Shown: in pieces, positions 23,016 to 32,669 of the stretch
Position numbering within the stretch: the stretch's first letter is position 1
How the letters are laid out: every line of letters starts with the position of its first letter
Assembly: GCA_016748015.1 (NCBI GenBank)
Contig: JAAOMT010000197.1
Coordinates: 1-32,669 of the forward strand
Length of the DNA: 32,669 nt
Source: Geosiphon pyriformis uo1
Taxonomy: Eukaryota > Fungi > Glomeromycota
Direction: 5' to 3'
The notes under the pieces: model-generated
Databases searched by the model: none
Told to the model about the DNA's origin: nothing
The model's input: the letters and a program-made list of their open reading frames with translations, nothing else
Translations under genes and position numbers: made by a program

Positions 23016-23452
23016 TTGTAAAAAGATTTTAAATTTTAAACTTTAATTAATTATATGCTTAAACTTTTCTTATTTTATTCTTGTCTACAAATTTTTTTCA
23101 TCGACATATGGATCCTCCTCTTTATACTTTTTTTTTCAGCATATATTTTCCAATTTAAGCATAACATCATAAATGCTATATTGAAAAAAAAAAAAACAAT
23201 AAATTTTTTTTTTATTGTATTATTGTTAACTTGTGGGTTTTGTTCATAACTTTATTTTTATTAAAAAAAAATAATAAATAATAAATAATAAATAAAGATA
23301 AAGGAATGTAATGTACCTTTTCACTGATCTTTTATGCGATCAAAAAATTCTTACCAAATTGGGAAACAAATAAATCAAAATTTGGCCAAAATCAATTTTT
23401 TGATGAGTTTGAAACTAGTAAAATTTTTTATAGTGACTGATTTCACATAATA

Positions 23453-23492
<40 letters not shown>

Positions 23493-23584
23493 AGACTCAT
23501 TTCTGATTATTTTATCAAAATAGCATTATGAAAATCCTGTGATACTTTAATTTTTTTTTTCGATCACTTAAGATATACCATTGT

Positions 23585-23716
23585 GAAAGGAGAGAAAAGG
23601 AGAGGAGAGAAAAGGAGAGGAGAGAAAAGGAGAGGAGAGAAAAGGAGAGAAAAGAAGAGGAGAGGAAAAGAAGAGGAGAGGAAAAGAAGAGGAGAGGAAA
23701 AGAAAAGAAAAGAAAA
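23585..23716. repeat. Pure polypurine tract built from 15-mer units (GGAGAGGAGAGAAAA)
   Basis: About 130 nt of only A and G. Confidence 0.95.
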
Positions 23717-24353
23717 TTTATATTCATTATAATGGTATTTTTGTTAAATGTAGTCGGGTAAATGCTATTTCCACAGTTTACACATTATAAGAATATTGAA
23801 ATATTCTGACAATAACCATATTTTAAGAGTTTAAACTAAAATAAATTAAAAATAAACTCCTTTCATGATATTAAGGAAACTAAATTTTTATCCTAAATAA
23901 ACTGTACACCTACAGACAGCAGGAACATTGGTAAATTAAAACCTTAAATTTATAATGCTTTATAAACTTTATCAATACTTTTTAAAAATTAAACATTTGT
24001 ATTGATTGATTAATTAATTAATCGATTGTTAGAATATTAGGAAATAAACTTTAATCATAAAAACTCTTTGATTAATTGTATTATTTAAATTTTCAAACTG
24101 TACCCCTTTCAAACTCAAAATAAAGAGTATGAGTCATACTAATCGTTAATTGAAAATATCTTCAACTTTTAGAAAAAAAAATTTCCATTCCCGTTTAATA
24201 TTTAATTTTTATTATTCATATTTTCGATTTGTACATTTGAGGCCTCCATCACATGTTCTGAAAGAAGGACCTAAACATAAAGCAAGAAAATTCAAAATTC
24301 TTTAGAAAAACAAAATTATCGTGGTCCTATCAAAAAAAAATATTAACTCAAGC

Positions 24354-25522
24354 TTATGACTTCTCTCTAGCATCACTATCAGTGAATATTTCCTTATGTT
24401 GCAAAAAAAATTGCTCAGGAGTTCTCGGTTCAAACCCATCAATTTCGATAAAATTAGGCGTGATATATTCTAAATTACCATTCTTCACTAATTCAAACAA
24501 CTCCATCAAATTGTTGATTTCGATCTGCGAATGAAAATATTTTTTGAGGTGATCCTCTAAAATGTGATTCTTGTCGTCGGTCGGTTTGAAAGTGATTTGA
24601 CGATGTAGCGTTTTTGAGAGACGATATGCGAGTTCTTCGCCGCTTAATATCTCTTGACCAGTCACCGTGTATACGTGTTCAAAGTAGTTTTCAGATTTAT
24701 CCAGAAGGTGTGCAGCTGCTTTGGCGACCTAGAAAAAGAAAAAAAAATTTGATCACAAGTGCAAATATGGTTACGAAGCGAGGAAGGTTATGTCAATACA
24801 GCTTACGTCCTCAACCGCAACTGGAGCAAACTAAAAAGTTAAATTTTAAATATTCAATCCAGTTATTTTGGAAAATTTTTAATTTCTTATTCTAAATAAA
24901 AACACTAAATCTCACTCTTATTCCTTACCTTCCCTTCTCCAATTGGCAAATCTAAAATACCTTGACGAATACACTCTTGAAAGGCCAACATGAAATGATC
25001 ATAAAAACCAACGCGCAACACGCTCCAATGAAAGTGATGATGATATTTCTTCAACTCTTCAGGGGATTTCTCATAAGCCAATAAAGGATCACATTCTTTC
25101 TTTCCAAACAACTCTTTTAACCTCCGTTCGGTCTCACTAAATATCTTTCCTACACGATCTTGACGCTTCTCAGCCAACACCACCGACTGCAATACGACAT
25201 ACGGAACGTTCTGCTTCTTTGCCGCCTCCAAATATGCTAGTCCGGCATCCAGACGTTCCGGTGAAAGAGTTATAAACAATTTTTGAATAGGTTTTCCTTC
25301 CTCGTTGACATATTTAACACTGGCCGGGTCGTCGAACGTGACCACATTACATTTAAGTGAAGAGAGCTGTTTTCTGGATTCCTCGGAGGCCGAAGAAGTA
25401 ATTGCAGCGGTTAGGTGAAAACGATTACTTGACTGAACAGAGCCATCTGATGTGAGCTCTTTGATGGTTGCCAAGGCTGTTGGACGGTCGGCTTCAATAA
25501 AGAAGATTAGATCTTTAGTCAT
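24354..25522 (-). CDS. NmrA-like atypical SDR / Rossmann-fold protein (3 exons including a 24-nt microexon)
   Basis: EAAKKQNVPYVVLQS, WSVLRVGFY, LPIGEGK|FAPVAVED|VAKAAA, YTVTGQEILSGEELA..LS..L.RQITF. Confidence 0.85.
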
Positions 25523-26215
25523 TGATAAAATGAGAAATGAAAAATGAAATTAGATAGAAAGATGGAAAAGAAAAAAGGTGAGAATTAATAGAGAACCTGG
25601 TCGAAATCTCTCAAGCGCGAATACGACATCATTACATATATATGATGATTTTCAGACATTTGATAAATTTATCTCTTGAAGTCATTCAAATCTATGGCTT
25701 ATAAATCAAAATTTTAGTTTTACTGTAATATATTTCGTTTGTTTTCCTTTGCCACTTTGATCAAGCTTGTGAAATTACCAAAATTCTTTCAGGGTGACAA
25801 GCACTAATTTAAGAATATAGCGTATTAGAACATTACCTCAACTTAAAAACCATTTCTTATTTTAAAAGTTCGAAAATATTTATGAGAAATAGTGTATTAA
25901 ATAAATGGGGTGGGAGAGAATTAAAATCTATAGTATCAAAAGTCCCAATATCATGAAACTTAATACTATCTGCGTGTTATAAGAATATACATAAAGGGAA
26001 AAAATCATATTAATAGGGTTAAAGAATATTATGTAGTAAAAATTTTGATTTAGCAATTTCAGCAAATAAAGAAAAAGTTTATGGAATTGATTCATTAAAA
26101 AATTTTATTGTATAATCTACTGAAACAAAATAGTTTGTAGGAATTTGACATTCTTTTCTTGCTGAATCTTTAATCCTTCCTTCCAACCCCAGGAAAAAAA
26201 ATTCATCATATAAAA

Positions 26216-26287
26216 CTCTCGGTCGGGGAATTGAACCCCGGTCTCCCGCGTGACAGGCGGGGATACTAACCACTATACTAACCGAGA
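26216..26287 (-). tRNA. tRNA-Asp(GTC)
   Basis: TCTCGGTTAGTATAGTGGTTAGTATCCCCGCCTGTCACGCGGGAGACCGGGGTTCAATTCCCCGACCGAGAG folds as a cloverleaf, with A/B boxes and an immediate T4 run. Confidence 0.98.
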
Positions 26288-26459
26288 CTCTTTGTTTCGT
26301 AGTAGCCATTCATTTTTTTGGTATTTATTAAAATTTATTGCGATCTCGAAGTTGACAAATGATTTGTAATCCAGCTTTTCAAAAAAAAATACATAAATAC
26401 CAGAGATTTTATACTTGACACAACCTAAAAAAGTTCAACTATCTTCTATCCTATAAATT

Positions 26460-28354
26460 ATGACATCAGCTGCACTTGCGGTTCCTCTTACTCGTTATGA
26501 AGCTTCAGTTCCACAGAAGCCACGCTCCCACTTATTCACTTGCCTCGCATGTCAAGTTGCCTTTTCAACTGCTGAACAACAACGCACGCACTATGGTACC
26601 GACTGGCATCGGTATAACTTGAAACGTAAGGTTGCTGACCTGCCACCGATCAGCGATGATGTCTTTTCTCAAAAAGTGTTGGCGCAACAGGCGCAGAACA
26701 ATACTGAGAATGCTCGGGCGAATTTTTCGGCAGAGTGTAGTATTTGTAGGTTAGTTTGGAATGAAGTGAAGCTATTTAAGAGAAAAAATGTTGAAAAATA
26801 TAGTTATATTGTTTGGGTGTGCGAATAAAACAGATTTTGCGTTTTTATTACATATCGTACAAAATTATGTATTAATAATATATTACATTATCTTTTGTTT
26901 CCCACAAATTGGCTATATTTTTAGCAAAACCTATTCCTCTGAGAATGCATATACAAATCATTTGCAATCAAATAGACATAAGATCGCTGAAGGAAAAGTT
27001 GGCCAAGAAGGTGTGGATTTTGTCTTTCTTTTGAACTCTTGATTGAGGTTAATTACTATGACCTCGATTGAAATTTGGGCCATTCCGAAAGCCTTAATTT
27101 AATTTTAAAGGCTCAAGACATAAGACTAAAATACTTTTAATTTCTCTAGGAATTAAGCAATCAAGACCCTCATCGGATGCAACGACTACAACAATTCAAA
27201 CACAACCACCTCAAAACGGGATTACTGAAGAGACTACAGAGGTTTTTAAGACTTCAATTTAATTCAATTCCAAAATCATTAAATCACTTTCTCAATTTCT
27301 CCTCTAAAATCTATTTAAGGCTGAAATTCAGGCAATAGTTGATAAAAAAATTGCCCTATCTTTGAAGCTTGCCGAAGTAGATTGCCTCTTCTGCCCACGC
27401 AAATCCAAGTCATTCGAAACTAATATTGAACATATGACGAAAACTCATGGTTTCTTTATTCCTGAATTAGAATATGTAACTGACTTACGTGGACTGATAA
27501 AATATTTGGGCGAGAAAATTACAGTTGGAAATATTTGTCTACTTTGTAACGGTCGTGGAAAAGGGATGAAAAGTTTAGAGGCAGTCCGAAAGCATATGGT
27601 GAGTTACATATTTGCTTTGGTATTCTATTGTAAATTACATTCGGAACAAACAATCTTAAGCATCTTGAAACTCCTTAGATTGATAAAGGTCATTGCATGA
27701 TAGCCTATGAGCGTGAAGAAGACATTTTGGATCTCGGGGAATATTATGACTTCACCTCTACATATCCGGATGAAGAGTGGGAGGATGTGGAGGATGGAGA
27801 AGACGAAGATGGTGAGATTATTGATGAGGAGATCTCTGTCAGTTCACGAGACCTGACTACCAGGTGTGCTTATTTTCATTTTTTCATTTTTGTTTCATGA
27901 ATTTTGTGAAAAAATGTGAAACTAATTTATCCCTATTTTGATAGCACTATTGTATTGTACACGGACAATGAGACGGAGTTAGTTTTGCCATCGGGGGCAC
28001 GACTAGGACATCGTTCTTTGCATCGATACTATAAACAATACTTGCGTCCTCGAGAGGTACCCTTTTCATAATTTTATCTACCAATTTGTGGTTTAAGATT
28101 TTGTAGCATCTAATCTGATTATCAAATTCATCAAAAAAACTTAGGCACGTGAACCAGTTATCGTCAATCGCCTTCTTACGCATTATACCCACAATCTTGG
28201 ATATGAACGTACAATGCGAACGTATAATTTAGGACCAGCAGCGGCTCGACGTGGTACTGTGAATAAAGAAAAACGTTGTCAACATGAATTTGATACTCGT
28301 ATTGGAATCAAAGCGAATAAACTTCAGCGACATTTTCGGGCACAGATTTTATAG
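26460..28354 (+). CDS. REI1: Cytoplasmic pre-60S factor Rei1/Reh1 (ZNF622), about 7 exons
   Basis: FTCLACQVAF...QRTHYGTDWHRYNLKRKVADLPP, CLFC...HM...HGFFIP, YLGEKI..GNICLLC, AVRKHM|IDKGHC, LVLPSGARLGHRSL.RYYKQ, KANKLQRHFRAQIL*. Confidence 0.96.
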
Positions 28355-28859
28355 AATTTGTAGGTTCTGGACAATTATTTGCGCTGATTGGAGAAATAAA
28401 ATCAATTTGGATGAAAATATACGATTTTCCACGATATTCATATAGTTTAAAATTTTAATATTGTTTTTTTAATAAATAATGTTTTTTTGTTAAAATTGAG
28501 ATGTAACAAATTAAAATTTATATAATATAAAATTATGGTTTTATTTATTTGTTAATAGTTATTTTTTTAAAATTAATAATAATAATAATCATAATAATAA
28601 TCATAATAATAACTTGATTTTTATTTTTCATTAAAAGCTGGCTTGTATTGTATAAAACATTGAATAAAAAACAATTATTTTTATTATTTTTATTATTATT
28701 TTTAAACTCTTTTGTGCTAATTTTAAAATTAGTTTTAAAAATCAAAACAACAAATTTGCACGCAGGAATAAAATACATAAAAGTATGCCATTTTTTATCA
28801 CAACCCATCAAAAATTATTAACTTTTTTCTTTTACATTATATTAATAATATAAATACCG

Positions 28860-29083
28860 TGTAGCTGGAACCGCATGATCTAAATAAAGCAGATAAAAAA
28901 AATAAATTTTTATATAAAATTGTAATAATTTATCATTAATAAATATTAAGTTTTATTATTTTATTAATAATTAACAATAATAATTTTTTTTTTTTTTATT
29001 AATATTGAATTTACATAATCAATTTAAAAAACGCATTAATATTAAAAATATTTATTGATAAAATTTACTTATAAATTGAGAAC

Positions 29084-29128
<45 letters not shown>

Positions 29129-29159
29129 TGAATTAATAAAAAACTGTGACACAGCTATA
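28860..29159. mobile_element. Candidate degenerate solo LTR (300 bp)
   Basis: Ends TGTAGCTG ... CAGCTA(C>T)A form an inverted repeat; flanks ACCG and ACCA fit a 4-bp target duplication with one CpG transition. Confidence 0.45.
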
Positions 29160-31512
29160 ACCAAATTATAATCTTCATTTTTGATTAATAGTAAACAAAT
29201 CTGAACATCTAGCTATATTTTATAATATGAATAACCGGATAACCTTTAATTCTATCACATTTGAATAATTAAAAATTTCAAATAACAAAAATATCTTAAA
29301 TTGGACTCGAAAAAATGTACAAGTGGAAACAAAAATAAAAATTATTGAATTATCTCTCAACTGATAAAAAAAGGAATTTTCAACAACTTTGAAAAAATTT
29401 GGTGGTTTCGAATAACATATTCTATTAATTTCTAGATATTATCTTGTTCTTGAATATATTTATATTAAATTATTTCTATTATTTTCATAAATAGAAAATA
29501 ATATTAAAAGGAATCTTTCCCCTATCCGTAATTTATCAACATCGTGAGATGGTTTGTGTATGTGTTTATGTACTCCTTCCCAGAGGCTGAACTGAAATCT
29601 ACCCGCTGTCTAGGGTCTTCTCTGAGGCTATCCTTGCAATTGCCTGATGTGTTTCTCTAATCTAGAAACACGGAATGTTAATGGCCTTTAGCCCTTTTCC
29701 TAATTCTTACAATAAAGCTTTTATCAATTAGTAACAACGTGAATAATCTTGATCAAGGATTATTCTTCCAAGGGATTCAGCTGATGAATGATAGTTTCAT
29801 TCAATAAATAATACAAGTAAGTTTCTTAACACTTTGGGTTGTGATAATTCAGTTTTCAATATTTTTTTCATTTCTTTTTGATTAAAGGTTTTTGTGAATA
29901 TTTATTTTAAAAGTAAAGACTAGAAGATAATTAAAGTGGAAATTTTGGATGAATTGTTTTATAACTTGTTGTTTTTCTCAATATTAAAGCTACTGTATAT
30001 ATACATGTTTGTAGTTCTATGAGAAAACACATTGTAATACTTTCTTTTTATTACTGTGCTATATTATGATTGAATAATTTATATTATTTTATGATTCTTT
30101 TGAACCGTAAAAATGATTTAAAAAAAAAAGGTAAGAAATGTTCAAAATATAGCTTTTGTCCCAATTAACCTAAGGGTGCCATATTAAACCTAAATTTAAA
30201 GGTAAGTCTAAGCTAACTTCGAGTGCTATTCATTGCCTTTGGAATTGTGGAATCGATAAGAGGAAGTAATTTAATTTTTGTATTTTCACCATTAAACAAG
30301 TAGTTTCATTTTTTTAATTAATTCACTATCATTCGCTATTAGATATATTTAATACTTACTTGAAATAATTTTTACCAATCTTTTTTAATTTTGTTATTTG
30401 AAAGATCTTTGTAAATTTCAAATGCAAGACAAAATCAGTATTTGATTAAAATGACATTTTTTGATATACATGAGAATTTCAATTCTAAAAGATTTTTTTG
30501 GTAAGGTTTTCATAGATATTTATCATATTGATTATTTTTTTTCCTAATTATTACCTGAGAAAGGTCGAAAAAAGAAAATCTGTAACAGTTGGAAGCTCAG
30601 GATTTTTGACTTAAACAAGTTCAATATTCAATCAATCCTCTTAACTTTATATTGAAAAATCTATTTTTTGTTCTCAATTGAAAATTTTATTGGTTTTTCT
30701 TTTGAAAATTAATCCTTTTGGTAACAACTTTCTGACTCAATACTCTAAACTTTGACGTTTTCATTTTTTCGAATTCTTTAAAAATATATGAATAGGTTCA
30801 AAAATGGGTCTCTAAGTCATTAACTGTTAGATAGCGTATTTTTGATGTTTTAATATTTTGAATATTTCTACTTGAAAGTTTTAACCATTATTATTATTAT
30901 TATTATTATTATTAAATAATAAAAGGAAAGAATCAGTTCTGAGCCGAATTGTGTATTTTTCTCTGTCATATCATGATAATATTTTTTATAAGACTTTTAT
31001 ATACATGATAAGCAATATTAAAAATATAAAAATTCGTTTACACATATCCATTTTAATGACTTGAATTATAAAAAAAAAAATTTTTCACGTTTTATTTGAC
31101 AAAATCTTTTTCCATAAAAATTTTGAATGAGCCTGGTTTAGAATAAATTTTCGCATTTAAAATATATATATATATTGAAATCAGATATTTCTCATTCTTT
31201 ATTCGAGAGCTTAATTATTGTACACAAATTTCAAATTTGGCAAAGGGTCATTTTTGAACTCATTCTTTTCTGAATTTTGATCCACAATAACACACAATAA
31301 CCCATAATAAAAATGTTTTTATTGAAAAATAAATATTTTTATAAATAAACTTAGTTTTCAAAAAATATTTAACAATAATTATGATTATAAAATCAAAAAA
31401 TTGGTATTTCTTACATAGTAATATTTATCTTATAGAAAACTCCCCAATATTATTATACTCTATATTTAATTATTTTTCTCTCTCCCACTATTCACTTTAA
31501 TTAATATCGATT

Positions 31513-31655
31513 CAGGGAATTACTTCCCTTCCAAAAATTGCTTTCCGACACCCCGAAGGGGTCGTAAAGACGGGATATTGGTTTAGTTTGCAATTAGCAA
31601 TAATCTAGCTTCGGATAAATCCTCACTAGCGTAGATAATGCCCGTGCACAAAGAT
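31513..31655 (-). ncRNA. U4: U4 spliceosomal snRNA
   Basis: 5' AUCUUUGUGCACGGG, k-turn GUGAGGAUUUAUCCGAAG...GAU, U6-pairing UUGCUAAUUG, 3' stem-loop with cUUCGg, Sm site AAUUUUUG, terminal hairpin AGGGAAGUAAUUCCCU. Confidence 0.96.
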
Positions 31656-31892
31656 GAGGTAATATCAAACAAATTCGATCAACAATTTATAAAGTTTCAC
31701 CAAAAACCTGTTAAACTTCATGAATAGTGGGACATGGTTTTCTATAAATTAATTAATTAATTAATTAAATTAATTTTTTTATGCGAAATGGAAAAAAGGT
31801 TATTATATTTATTATTATCAAAACGTTATAATATCTTTTAATATAATAACATTTAAAAGAATTGATCTAAAGTATAAAGTATAAAGTTTGAA

Positions 31893-31929
<37 letters not shown>

Positions 31930-32598
31930 CAGGAAAAAGTTTCTTTGAACTTTTTAAAACATGAGATTTTTTTTCCTCAGAATCAAGATTTTCAAAATTT
32001 AATTAAAGAGAATATTTCGCAAAAAACTTTAAATTACTACTCTTTCCCCCTTCTCAATTAAAAAAAAAATTTTTCATCATCATTTTATCTATCTGAAAAA
32101 ATAGGAAGAACATTATTTTCACAAGTGATATTAACTATACCAATAACGAGTTTTACCTATCCTCAAATCTTTTTTTGGGTATACATATTTCTACGAGTAA
32201 AATTTATTTCACAAGTCACTTTTTCAAGATACACTAAATGAATTCGATTTTTAATTCTTTAACGAAATATCATCAATGTTCAAAAAAGTAAAAATAAAAG
32301 TCGTTCCCCTAAAAATTTCTCAAAATAGAACCATCTTTTAAAGCCTTCATTTGTATTCATATGATAAATGTTTGATTCTTATAGAAAGTTCGATACAGCC
32401 ATATGGGGTTTGCCCCTGCGGATAAATACAGTTTATATTGATGATATGTTTAAGAAATTTACTGTTTCTTAAATTCTAATATAAATACAAATTATTATTG
32501 ACACGAGAAAATATTTAATAATAAGAAACCTATTTAAAGATTTTAAATCCATTCAAAAATTTTATCACGATATTTAAAAAATGAGGGCTCTTTCTTGA

Positions 32599-32600
<2 letters not shown>

Positions 32601-32669
<69 letters not shown>
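32601..32669. repeat. Poly-T run at window end
   Basis: Homopolymer; length may be a contig-end artefact. Confidence 0.9.

Noticed and set aside
23515-23727. Leu/Ser/Phe-rich ORF
   Set aside because: Translation of the polypyrimidine strand of the repeat.
26079-26309. 76-aa ORF
   Set aside because: Overlaps tRNA-Asp; a typical tRNA shadow ORF.
28545-28811. 88-aa ORF and other short AT-rich ORFs (14240, 20432, 23055)
   Set aside because: Low-complexity Ile/Asn/Lys/Phe composition expected by chance in AT-rich DNA.
29540-29822. Hammerhead ribozyme, telomerase RNA, U11 or snR30/U17 identity
   Set aside because: CTGATGA lacks the GAAA core after the stem; no CUAACCCU-type template; no Sm site; AAACCAT occurs without a correctly placed partner motif and ACA box.
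31540-31570. cUUCGg hairpin followed by GAAA as a ribozyme or terminator
   Set aside because: Fully explained as the U4 snRNA 3' stem-loop.

Overview
AT-rich, intron-containing fungal DNA; gene style and repeat families suggest Glomeromycotina/Mucoromycota (inference). The left third is accessory. It holds a hypermutated RNase H-type LINE relic (1-2.6 kb), then a decayed minus-strand IS607-like element with a serine-recombinase tnpA and a Fanzor2/TnpB RuvC nuclease (3.27-4.97 kb, the most notable item; the nuclease is hidden from the ORF track by frameshifts). Next come two tandem paralogous orphan genes and a CpG-free AT desert. The rest is a housekeeping neighbourhood: PCD1-like Nudix hydrolase, Tc1/mariner relic, an aldo-keto reductase-like gene with a degenerate catalytic tetrad, TSC10, a 2H phosphoesterase, MOG1, a hypothetical gene, an NmrA-like gene, tRNA-Asp and REI1. 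The right end has a candidate solo LTR, an unexplained hairpin-rich island and a U4 snRNA. All calls come from manual reading and motif recall; no searches were run, and exon boundaries are manual predictions.
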